From the NCBI GenBank assembly GCA_003818495.1, contig RPRK01000006.1, forward strand, positions 2,489 to 66,488: a DNA stretch of 64,000 nucleotides. The letters are read 5' to 3'. Below the pieces are notes generated by a model. It searched no databases. It worked only from the letters and a program-made list of their open reading frames with translations, and was not told the origin of the DNA. The stretch comes from Burkholderiales bacterium (GTDB taxonomy: Bacteria; Pseudomonadota; Gammaproteobacteria; Burkholderiales; Burkholderiaceae_E). A program made the position numbers and the translations under genes. Position 1 is the first letter of the stretch; every line of letters begins with the position of its first letter. Of this stretch, positions 8,090 to 16,674 are shown piece after piece.

Positions 8090-9682
8090 TCAGCGGTCGA
8101 GCGGCCGCTCCGGTGCGGCCTCGGTCGAGCGCACCGCCGACGGACCGGGCGCGGCAGCCTGCCCGAGCGCGGCGGGGCCTCGCGCCACCCGCCCGCGCAC
8201 CGCTCCGTCCGCGAGCGTCACCTGGGCCAGGGCCTGTTCGAGCCGTTCGCCGGTGACCGGCTTGGCGAGCACCTCGTCGGCACCCGCCTCGTAGGACCGC
8301 GCGACATGGCTGACCTCGCCGGTCAGCACCACGACGCGCGCCGGCGACAGCCCGCGGGCGCGCTCGGCCTCGCGGATCGCGGCGATCAGCGAGACGCCGT
8401 CGCGGCCCGGCAGACCGAGGTCGGTCACCACGAACGGGGTGGGCGAGGCGAGCCAGACGTCGAGCGCTTCCTCGGCGTCGTCCGTGCTGCAGACGTCGTA
8501 GCCGAGTCGCCCGAGCTGATGCTCCAGCGTGAACTGGACGACCCGGTCGTCCTCGACCAGCAGCAGCCGGCCGCGGGTGGGCCCCCCGGCGGGCAGCGCC
8601 GGCCGCACGAAGCCCGCGTTCAGGTCCTCGAGCAGCGCGCCTCGCGTCGGACCGTCGGCGTCGACCCGGACCGGCAGGCGCAGCTCCCGGGTGAGGCCGC
8701 GCGCCGAGGGCGACGCGGCGGGCGCCTGCGTCACCCCGCGCGCCGACGGCGCCACGCTCAGCTGCAGCGCCCCCCCGAGCGCCCGGGCGAGCCGGCCGGC
8801 CCGCCACAGGCCCACGCCGACGGTCGGAATGCTGGCCGTGCCCGTCTCGGCGGCCGGGTCGATCGTGTCGTCGATCGCGGCCTGCAGACGCGCGATCTCC
8901 CGCTCGTCGAGGGCCGGCCCGTCGTCGTGGACCGACACCGTCAGCCAACCGTCGATGCCACCTGCGGTGATCCGCCGATAGCGCACCTCGACCCGGACCT
9001 CGCCATGCTCGAGGCGCAGGACCGCGTCGCGGATCATCGCGTCGGCGATCTGCCTGACCCGGTGCGGGTCGACGCGCACCGCCGGAAACGGATGCTGCGG
9101 CACGAACAGCGCGAACGCCACCCGCCGATCGGCCGCCTCGGCCGAGGACTGCGAGGCCACGTCGCGCATCAGCGTCACGACGTCGGTGCGCTGCGGCCGC
9201 GGGTGCACGCGGCCCTGCTCGATCGCCTCGTAGTCGAGCGCGTAGGACAGCTGCGCACCGAGGGCGCCCGCGGCGCGCCGCAGCGCGGCGACATGCAGAC
9301 GCGTGGCGGGCTCGAGCCGCGGCCCGTCGACGAGGGCGATCGCGGACTCGAGCGCGCCGAGCCCCTGCTCGCCCTCCCGACCCATGGCCGAGAAGTGGCG
9401 CGCACGCCGCTCGGCCGACGCCCGCTGCGCCGCGCGCTCGCGCTCGAGGGTGCGCTCGGCCTCCAGACGCGCGCCGCGATCGCGGCGCAGCAACCAGCCG
9501 AGCACGCCGGCCAGGATCGCCAGGATCGCGCAGAGGACCGCCAGCGCCGAGACCGTGGCGTCCCCGGTCACGCGGCTGACCGCGGCGCCCTCGGGGACGG
9601 CATGGGCCACGGAACACGCGAGCGCGACCAGGCAGCCCGCTGCTCCCCTGAGTGCTCCCTCGACGCGCCGACCCGCCGCCAT
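8090..9682 (-). CDS. Membrane-anchored hybrid histidine-kinase-like protein with C-terminal receiver domain
   Basis: Two TM segments, a coiled coil, a kinase-like core and a receiver (LLLVEDDRVV...VVTDLGLPGRDG...LTGE...AKP). I prefer the start at MAAGRR ('cat' at 9680-9682); the alternative is 9745. The kinase motifs look degenerate (see findings). Confidence 0.8.
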   Translation of the reverse strand: MAAGRRVEGALRGAAGCLVALACSVAHAVPEGAAVSRVTGDATVSALAVLCAILAILAGVLGWLLRRDRGARLEAERTLERERAAQRASAERRARHFSAMGREGEQGLGALESAIALVDGPRLEPATRLHVAALRRAAGALGAQLSYALDYEAIEQGRVHPRPQRTDVVTLMRDVASQSSAEAADRRVAFALFVPQHPFPAVRVDPHRVRQIADAMIRDAVLRLEHGEVRVEVRYRRITAGGIDGWLTVSVHDDGPALDEREIARLQAAIDDTIDPAAETGTASIPTVGVGLWRAGRLARALGGALQLSVAPSARGVTQAPAASPSARGLTRELRLPVRVDADGPTRGALLEDLNAGFVRPALPAGGPTRGRLLLVEDDRVVQFTLEHQLGRLGYDVCSTDDAEEALDVWLASPTPFVVTDLGLPGRDGVSLIAAIREAERARGLSPARVVVLTGEVSHVARSYEAGADEVLAKPVTGERLEQALAQVTLADGAVRGRVARGPAALGQAAAPGPSAVRSTEAAPERPLDR

Positions 9683-9795
9683 CGTCCGTACCTTCCGCCA
9701 CACCGGCAGACATTGTCCGGCGCACCGGCGCGCGCATGGAGGCATGGAACGTCAACGAGTGCAAATCCCGGCCGCAGCCGGGATCGTCACGTCCG

Positions 9796-11841
9796 TTACT
9801 TGTAGAGCACCTCGGGCAGCCACAGGCCGATGCCCGGGAAGATGTAGAGCAGCGCCAGCGCGATCACCTGGATCAGCATGAACGGGATCATGCCGGCGAA
9901 GATCTGGTTCAGCGTCACGTGCGGCGGCGCGACCCCCTTCAGGTAGAAGGCGGCCATCGCCACCGGCGGCGACAGGAACGCGGTCTGCAGGTTCAGCGCC
10001 ACGAGCAGGCCGAAGAACAGCGGATCGACGCCGAAGTTGTCGAGCAGCGGGATGAAGATCGGCATGAAGATGACGATGATCTCCGTCCACTCCAGCGGCC
10101 AGCCGAGCAGGAAGATGATGGCCTGCGACAGCAGCAGGAACTGCACCTTCGACAGCCCGAGCGACATCACCCAGTTCTCGATCAGCTCCTGCCCGCCCAG
10201 CAGCGCGAACGCCGCCGAGAAGATCGACGAGCCGACGAACAGCCAGCACACCATGGCGCTGGTCTTGGCGGTCAGGAACACCGACTCCTTGACCACGGTC
10301 ATGTTGAGCTGCCGGTAGGCGCCCGCGAGCAGCACCCCGCCCAGCGACCCGACGGCGGCCGCCTCGGTCGGCGTGGCCAGCCCGAAGACGATCGTGCCCA
10401 GCACCGCCAGGATCATGAAGGCCAGCGGGAAGAACGACGACAGCAGCATCTTGAAGACTTCGAGCCGCGTGAACGTCAGCACCGCGTAGTAGCCGACGAC
10501 CACGGCCGTGAGCACGACCGCGACGATCCAGAACCACAGCGGCGCGGACTTGCGCTCGGCCACGTCGGCCACGGGCGCGGCGGCCGACGCGGCGTCGGCG
10601 GCGGCGCCCGGCACCGCGGCGGCGCCCGACGGCTGCGCGTCGGCCGGCTGCGGCGCAGCGGCCGCCGCGCCGGGAGGCTCCTGCACGCCCTCGGCCTTCG
10701 GCACATCGTCCGACGGCGGCTCGTCGAGCCCGCCCTCGGCCTTCGGCGCATCGTCCGACGGCGGCTCGTCGAGTCCGCCCTCGGTCTTCTCGGCCTCGCC
10801 CCCCGGCGGCTCGTCGAGCCCGCCGCCCTCCGACGACGCCTCGGATCCACCCGCCCCCATCTCGACCATGCCGCCGGTGTCGACCGCGACGTCCGGGGCG
10901 GTGGCGCTGCGCCACATCACCGTCAGCAGCACCGCGAGGAAGATCGCCGGCAGCGCGGCGATCAGCGCCTGGCGCATCACTTCGAGGAACGGCACGCCGG
11001 CGTTGCGCGAGCCCTTGAGCGCGCCCACCAGTCCGGGCAGCACTTTCGTGCTGACGCGGTCCTGGAGCGTCTGCGCGGTGGGGGTCAGCGGCACGTGGCG
11101 CTCGGCCGCGGTCAGCGGCGGCATCAGGTCGGGCCGGATCTTGGCGAGCACGACCACGTAGACCACGTACAGGCCGGCCAGCATGATCCCGGGGAAGAAC
11201 GCGCCGGCGTAGAGCTGCACGACCGAGACGCCTGCGGTCGCCCCGTAGACGATCAGCATCACCGACGGCGGGATCAGGATGCCGAGGCAGCCGCCGGCGG
11301 TGATCACGCCCGCGGAGACCTGCACCGAGTAGCCCGCGCGCAGCATCGCCGGCAGCGCGAGCAGGCCCATCAGCGTCACCACGGCGCCCACGATGCCGGT
11401 GGCGGTGGCGAACACCGCGCAGGTGAACAGCGTGGCCACCGCGAGCGAGCCGGGCACGCGCGCGAGCGCCAGGTGCAGGCTGCGGAACAGCTTCTCGATC
11501 AGGTTGGCGCGCTCGACCAGGTAGCCCATGAACACGAACAGCGGGATCGAGATCAGCACGTCGTTGCCCATCACCGCATAGGCGCGCTGGACCATCAGGT
11601 CGAGCGTCTGCCCGAGCGCGAGCTCGGGCGAGCGCATGCGGTAGGCGATGAAGGCGAAGATCATCCCCATGCCCATCAGCGTGAACGCCGTCGGGAAGCC
11701 GAGCATGATCGCGACCACGACGAGGCCGAGCATCAGCAGGCCGAGGTGGCCGCTGGTCATGCTGCTCCAAGGCATGAAGAACAGCACGGCGGAGACGATC
11801 ATCCCCATGATCGCCAGGCCGAAGTACATCTCGCGGCGCAT
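9796..11841 (-). CDS. TRAP transporter large permease (DctM family, COG4664 type) with a large internal insertion
   Basis: Polytopic DctM-like sequence at both ends (GFPTAFTLMGMGMIFAFI..., ...LSPPVAMAAFYLKGVAPPHVTL). A ~110-aa acidic, Pro/Ala-rich segment interrupts the middle. Confidence 0.9.
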   Translation of the reverse strand: MRREMYFGLAIMGMIVSAVLFFMPWSSMTSGHLGLLMLGLVVVAIMLGFPTAFTLMGMGMIFAFIAYRMRSPELALGQTLDLMVQRAYAVMGNDVLISIPLFVFMGYLVERANLIEKLFRSLHLALARVPGSLAVATLFTCAVFATATGIVGAVVTLMGLLALPAMLRAGYSVQVSAGVITAGGCLGILIPPSVMLIVYGATAGVSVVQLYAGAFFPGIMLAGLYVVYVVVLAKIRPDLMPPLTAAERHVPLTPTAQTLQDRVSTKVLPGLVGALKGSRNAGVPFLEVMRQALIAALPAIFLAVLLTVMWRSATAPDVAVDTGGMVEMGAGGSEASSEGGGLDEPPGGEAEKTEGGLDEPPSDDAPKAEGGLDEPPSDDVPKAEGVQEPPGAAAAAPQPADAQPSGAAAVPGAAADAASAAAPVADVAERKSAPLWFWIVAVVLTAVVVGYYAVLTFTRLEVFKMLLSSFFPLAFMILAVLGTIVFGLATPTEAAAVGSLGGVLLAGAYRQLNMTVVKESVFLTAKTSAMVCWLFVGSSIFSAAFALLGGQELIENWVMSLGLSKVQFLLLSQAIIFLLGWPLEWTEIIVIFMPIFIPLLDNFGVDPLFFGLLVALNLQTAFLSPPVAMAAFYLKGVAPPHVTLNQIFAGMIPFMLIQVIALALLYIFPGIGLWLPEVLYK
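10690..10824. repeat. 3 x 45-nt in-frame tandem repeat inside the TRAP large-permease gene
   Basis: Units at 10690-10734, 10735-10779 and 10780-10824. The first two are near identical. They encode (E)GGLDEPPSDD(A/V)PKA-type 15-aa units on the minus strand. Confidence 0.9.
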
Positions 11842-11844
11842 GGT

Positions 11845-12462
11845 TCAGCGCTCCCCGGCGGCGCTGACGGGGCCGACGGCGTGCGTGGCCTCGCCGTCGC
11901 GCGTCACCATCGCCTTGAGCTTGTCGACGTCGACCTCCTCGACGTCCTGCTCGCGCGAGGGCCAGGCGCCGTCGCGAAGGCAGACGATGCAGCGCACGAT
12001 CTCGACGAGGCCCTGCATCAGCAGCAGCCCTCCCGCCACGGGGATGACCGACTTGAAGAAGTACAGCGGCGGGCCGTCCGCGCTGATCGACGAGTGCTCC
12101 TTGATCGCCCACGACTCGGCCGCGAAGGAATAGCCGGCCCAGGCCAGCGCGCACACGCCGGGCAGGAAGAAGACGACGTAGAGCAGCAGGTCGAAGAAGG
12201 CCTGCGTGCGGGGCTTGAAGAAGCCGTAGAGGATGTCGCCGCGCACGTGCCCGTTCTTCGACAGCGTGTAGGCGCCCGCCATCATGAACAGCGCGCCGTA
12301 CATCTGGATCTGCACGTCGAAGGCCCATGCGTGCGGCGAATTCAGCACGTAGCGCGAGAACACCTCGTAGCAGATCAGCGCGGTCAGCGCGACGATCAGC
12401 CAGGCGAAGGCCTGCCCCGCGAACGTGGAGACGCGGTCGACGGCGAGTAGGAATTTCTGCAT
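11845..12462 (-). CDS. TRAP transporter small permease (DctQ family)
   Basis: I start it at MQKFLLAVDRVSTFAGQAFAWL ('cat' at 12460-12462). Four hydrophobic helices. It lies 3 nt upstream of the large permease gene. Confidence 0.85.
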   Translation of the reverse strand: MQKFLLAVDRVSTFAGQAFAWLIVALTALICYEVFSRYVLNSPHAWAFDVQIQMYGALFMMAGAYTLSKNGHVRGDILYGFFKPRTQAFFDLLLYVVFFLPGVCALAWAGYSFAAESWAIKEHSSISADGPPLYFFKSVIPVAGGLLLMQGLVEIVRCIVCLRDGAWPSREQDVEEVDVDKLKAMVTRDGEATHAVGPVSAAGER

Positions 12463-12655
12463 GGCGGGAGCCCCGGGGCGACGTGCCCGCAGCCGCGGAC
12501 GTCGCCCGAACATCGATAGGCCGGTGAAGGCACCGGCACCTGCTGCAGCGCACCCGGCGCGCTGGGGCCGGTGCGTCGATCGGCACCGCCGCACGACGGC
12601 CCGCGGGCCGTCGGCGAGGGTGCTGCGGGCGGCGCGACGCGCCGCCCGCCGGGCA

Positions 12656-13762
12656 TCAGCCCTTCTTGCCGAAGTAGTGCGTGTAGGCCATCCGGCGGTT
12701 CACGTTGGTGTCCATGTCCCAACGGACCACACGCTCGGCGAACGCGCGCTGCGACGCGATGATCTCGGCGAACAGCGGGTCGCTCGACTTGGCCTTGACG
12801 ACCTCGTCGTAGAACTTGAGCTGCTGCTGCAGGATCGCGTCGGGCGTCTTGTAGAACTTCACGCCCTGCTTCTGCTGCATCTCGGCGTAGTCCTTGGAGT
12901 AGCGGTCGACCGCCTTCCAGGACATGTCGGCCGAGGCGGCCTCGACGGCGTTGTCGATGATCGACTTCAGCTTCGGCGGCAGCGCATCGAGCTTGGCCTT
13001 GTTGAAGAGGATCTCGAACTGCTCGGCGTTCTGGTGGAAGCTCTGCAGCATGCAGACCTTGGCCACGTCGGGGAAGCCGAGCAGGCGGTCGGACGAGGCG
13101 TTGTTGAACTCGGCCGCATCCAGCAGGCCGCGGTCCATCGCCGGGATGATCTCGCCGCCGGGCAGCGCGTTGACCGCCGCGCCCATCTTGGTGAACACGT
13201 CGATCGAGATGCCGACGGTGCGGTACTTCAGGCCCTTGACGTCCGAGGCCTTGGCGATCGGCTTCTTGAACCAGCCGAGCGGCTGCGTGGGCATCGGGCC
13301 GTACACGTACGAGTAGACGTTCGCGCCGACGGCCGTGTAGAGCTTGTTCAGCAGTTCCTTGCCGCCGCCGTACTTGTGCCACGACAGCAGCATGTTCGCG
13401 TCCATGCCGAACGCCGGGCCGGAGCCCCACAGCGCGAGCGCGTTGTTCTTGCCGTAGTGGTAGACGACGACGCCGTGGCCGCCGTCGAGGGTGCCCTTCG
13501 AGACCGCGTCGAGCAGGCCGAAGGCCGGCACGACGGCGCCCGCCGGCAGCACCTCGATCTTGAGCTCGCCGCCGGTCATGTCGTTGACCTTCTTGGCGAA
13601 GTCGTTGGCGTACTCGTGGAAGATGTCCTTCGCCGGCCAGGTGCTCTGGAAGCGCAGCGAGGTGGTCTGCGCCTTGACGATGGCGGGGAAGCCGAGGGCG
13701 GCGCCGCTGGCGGCTCCGGCGGTCGCGATGAACCGCCGGCGCATGCCGGTCTGCTGGGTCAT
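12656..13762 (-). CDS. TRAP transporter periplasmic solute-binding protein (COG4663 type), Tat signal
   Basis: Twin-arginine leader MRRRFIATAGAASGAALGFPAIVKA. Then LRFQSTWPAKDIFHEYANDFAKKVNDMTGGELKIEVLPAGAVVPAF, typical of this DctP-like family. Confidence 0.9.
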   Translation of the reverse strand: MTQQTGMRRRFIATAGAASGAALGFPAIVKAQTTSLRFQSTWPAKDIFHEYANDFAKKVNDMTGGELKIEVLPAGAVVPAFGLLDAVSKGTLDGGHGVVVYHYGKNNALALWGSGPAFGMDANMLLSWHKYGGGKELLNKLYTAVGANVYSYVYGPMPTQPLGWFKKPIAKASDVKGLKYRTVGISIDVFTKMGAAVNALPGGEIIPAMDRGLLDAAEFNNASSDRLLGFPDVAKVCMLQSFHQNAEQFEILFNKAKLDALPPKLKSIIDNAVEAASADMSWKAVDRYSKDYAEMQQKQGVKFYKTPDAILQQQLKFYDEVVKAKSSDPLFAEIIASQRAFAERVVRWDMDTNVNRRMAYTHYFGKKG

Positions 13763-13931
13763 GGGGGTCTCCTGTGGTGGGGCCCGGAATGGTAGGCGCA
13801 GGCAGCCCCACTGTCACGCAGTTCCCGACCTCACCGGCGGACATTTCGGTCGCGACCGCCCCGCTGCGGGCCTGGGGGTTGCATGGAGGTCGCTGCAGGC
13901 CTCTCCAACCACTCGAACCAGGATATCCGCC

Positions 13932-14498
13932 ATGACCCGACACCGAACCGGACTCGCACTTGCCGTCGTCGCCTTCACGGCGCTGCCGGCCTGCACGATG
14001 TGGAACAACATGACCGACCGCATGACCGGTCGGAGCCCGAGCGCGGAGACCGCGTCGGGCAACCGCGGCACGATGGGCACGCGCGGCACGATGGGCGGCA
14101 CCCAGGGCGGCAGCGCGCAGTCGGGCGGCACGCTGCCGGGCAGCGGGCCGACGGGGGGCACCTCGCCGGGCAGCGCACCGATGGGTGGGGCGTCGGCGGG
14201 CAGCGGCTCGCCGGGCGGCGCTCCGATGGGCAGCAGCGCGACGGGCAGCGCCCCGATGGGGGGCGGCGCGGCCTCGGGCGGGTCCTATGCCAACACGCCC
14301 GGCGGCTCGATGACCACGCTGCGCGGTGGCCCGACGACGGCGGGGGCTTCACTGCCGGCGTTCCGGTCGTACAGCGAGTGCAAGGCCTGGGAGGCCGGCC
14401 AGCGCGCCGGCACGACGGCGCTGAACCGCGGCCCGATGCAGGGCGGCGAGGTCACGCTCGCGGACCAGGACCTGTGCGCCCGGTTTCCGCGGAGCTGA
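13932..14498 (+). CDS. Gly/Ser/Pro-rich repetitive lipoprotein
   Basis: ATG at 13932. Signal plus lipobox (LAVVAFTALPAC). Degenerate G-x-x-P-G-S/M-G-G repeats. C-terminal segment with two Cys (YSECKAW...DQDLCARF). Confidence 0.6.
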   Translation: MTRHRTGLALAVVAFTALPACTMWNNMTDRMTGRSPSAETASGNRGTMGTRGTMGGTQGGSAQSGGTLPGSGPTGGTSPGSAPMGGASAGSGSPGGAPMGSSATGSAPMGGGAASGGSYANTPGGSMTTLRGGPTTAGASLPAFRSYSECKAWEAGQRAGTTALNRGPMQGGEVTLADQDLCARFPRS

Positions 14499-14507
14499 AG
14501 CCCCGCT

Positions 14508-15899
14508 TCAGAAGAAGCCGACGCCGACCTGGAAGAGCTTCTCGACGCGCGGGATCATCCGCTTGTTGGCGACGAACACGATGACGTGGTCCTCGGGCTC
14601 GATCACCGTGTCGTGATGCGCGACGATCACCTCGGAGCGGTTGCCCGGCGCCTGCCGGACGATCGCGCCGATGGTCGTGCCGGGCGGCAGATCGAGCTGC
14701 TCGATGCGCCGGCCGACGACCTTGCTCGAACGGGGGTCGCCGTGCGCGATCGCCTCGAGCGCCTCGGCCGCGCCGCGCCGCAGCGAGTGCACCGCCGCCA
14801 CGTCGCCGCGCCGCACGTGCGCGAGCAGTTCGCCGATGGTCGCCTGCGCCGGCACGATCGCGATGTCGATCTTGCCGCCTTCGACGAGATCGGCATACGC
14901 GCGCCGGTTGATCAGCGCGATCACGCGCCGGGCGCCCATCTTCTTGGCCAGCAGCGAGGACATGATGTTGTCCTCGTCGTCGGACGTGAGCGCGCAGAAC
15001 AGGTCCATCTCGCCGACGCTCTCCTCCTCGAGGAGGTCCTCGTCGGTGGCGTCGCCGTTGAGCACCAGCACGTTCGACGGCAGTTCCGCGGCGAGCTGCT
15101 CGCAGCGCCGCACGTCGGGCTCGATGATGCGGACATCGATGTGGTCGGCGAGCCGCCGGGCGAGGCGCATGCCGATGCGTCCGCCCCCGGCCAGCATCAC
15201 CCGGCGCACCGGCTTGTCCATCTTGCGCAGCTCGACCATCACCGTGCGGATGTGCTCGGTGGCGGCCAGCACGAAGACCTCGTCCCCGGGCTCGATCAGC
15301 GTGTCGCCGTCGGGGTAGACCGCCCCCTCGCCGCGGAAGATCGCGACGATCCGGGAGTCAATCTGTGGAATGTGCGACTTGATCTCGCGGATCGGCTTGC
15401 CGACCAGCAATCCGCCGGCGTGCGCACGCACCGCGATCAGGCTGGCCGCGCCGCCGGCGAACTCCAGCACCTGCAGCGCCTCGGGGAACTCCACCAGCTT
15501 CGCGACATAGTCGGTGACGGTCTTCTCGGGGACGATCAGGTGATCGACCGAGAAGGCGCCCTCGCCGACGAGCTCGGGGTTGTCCTGGAAGTCGGCGCCG
15601 CGCACCCGCGCGATCCGCGTCGGCACGTTGAAGACCTGCGCGGCCAGGTGACAGGCGACCAGGTTGGTCTCGTCGCTCTGGGTCGTGGCGATCACCATGT
15701 CGGCATCGTCGGCGCCGGCGGCTCGCAGCGTGGACGGCTGTGCGGCGTTGCCCACTACCGTGCGCAGGTCGAGCCGGTCCTGCAGCTCGGCGAGCCGGAC
15801 GCCGTCGGTGTCGATGACGGTGATGTCGTTCTGCTCGGAGACCAGGCTCTCCGCGACCGATGCGCCGACCCGCCCGGCGCCGAGGATGACGATCTTCAA
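14508..15899 (-). CDS. trkA: Trk potassium-uptake system NAD-binding subunit TrkA
   Basis: (L)KIVILGAGRVGASVAESL Rossmann motif and a second RCK/NAD domain (VMLAGGGRIGMRLARRL). The only in-frame start next to the motif is TTG at 15899, 4 nt after the ntrX-like stop. Confidence 0.9.
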   Translation of the reverse strand: MKIVILGAGRVGASVAESLVSEQNDITVIDTDGVRLAELQDRLDLRTVVGNAAQPSTLRAAGADDADMVIATTQSDETNLVACHLAAQVFNVPTRIARVRGADFQDNPELVGEGAFSVDHLIVPEKTVTDYVAKLVEFPEALQVLEFAGGAASLIAVRAHAGGLLVGKPIREIKSHIPQIDSRIVAIFRGEGAVYPDGDTLIEPGDEVFVLAATEHIRTVMVELRKMDKPVRRVMLAGGGRIGMRLARRLADHIDVRIIEPDVRRCEQLAAELPSNVLVLNGDATDEDLLEEESVGEMDLFCALTSDDEDNIMSSLLAKKMGARRVIALINRRAYADLVEGGKIDIAIVPAQATIGELLAHVRRGDVAAVHSLRRGAAEALEAIAHGDPRSSKVVGRRIEQLDLPPGTTIGAIVRQAPGNRSEVIVAHHDTVIEPEDHVIVFVANKRMIPRVEKLFQVGVGFF

Positions 15900-15903
15900 G
15901 TCA

Positions 15904-16668
15904 TCACTGCGGGGTCTGCGTACCCTTGCGGTACGCGCCCTTCGACAGGTCGATGCCGAGCTGCTTGAGCTTGCGGTACAGGTGGGTGCGCTCGAGGCCG
16001 GTCTTCTCGGCCACACGCGTCATCGAGCCGTGCTCGCGCGACAGGTGGTGCTCGAAGTACGCGCGCTCGAAGGCATCGCGCGCCTCGCGCAGCGGCAGGT
16101 CGAGCGGCAGTTCGCGCACCGCCGCGGGCGAGCCGCCGGGGCCGGCGACCGGCGCGGTCAGGAACTGTGCCGACGGCGACATCAGCGGCACGTTGGGGCC
16201 GCCGTTGCCGCCGACCGGCAGCATCGTGATCATCGGGACGCCGGCGCTGCTCGCGGCCAGCGGGTGATAGACCTGGGGCGCCACCTTGGGGGCGCTCTGG
16301 GCGCGCCCCCGCGCGAGCCCCTGCTCGACCGCCTTGAGCAGCTTCTGCAGGGCGATCGGCTTCTCGAGGAAGTCGAGCGCGCCGATGCGCGTGGCCTCGA
16401 CGGCGGTGTCGATGGTGGCGTGGCCGGACATCATGATGACCGGCATCGTGAGCTTGCCGCCGTTGGCCCACTCCTTGAGGAGCGTGACGCCGTCGGTGTC
16501 GGGCATCCAGATGTCGAGCAGCACGAGGTCGATCGGGTTGATCTCCCTCGACTCCCGGGCCTGTTGCGCGTTTTCAGCGAGATGGACGGAGTGCCCTTCG
16601 TCACCGAGGATCTCGGAGAGCAGTTCCCTAATGCCGACCTCGTCGTCAACGACCAGAATTTCCGCCAT
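15904..16668 (-). CDS. ntrX: NtrX-like response regulator (receiver + Fis-type HTH, no AAA+ domain)
   Basis: Receiver: MAEILVVDDEVGIRELL...LLDIWMPDTDG...MMSGH...EKP. C-terminal Fis HTH: SMTRVAEKTGLERTHLYRKLKQLGI. It sits immediately downstream of the NtrY-like kinase. Confidence 0.8.
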   Translation of the reverse strand: MAEILVVDDEVGIRELLSEILGDEGHSVHLAENAQQARESREINPIDLVLLDIWMPDTDGVTLLKEWANGGKLTMPVIMMSGHATIDTAVEATRIGALDFLEKPIALQKLLKAVEQGLARGRAQSAPKVAPQVYHPLAASSAGVPMITMLPVGGNGGPNVPLMSPSAQFLTAPVAGPGGSPAAVRELPLDLPLREARDAFERAYFEHHLSREHGSMTRVAEKTGLERTHLYRKLKQLGIDLSKGAYRKGTQTPQ

Positions 16669-16674
16669 GGCTTC

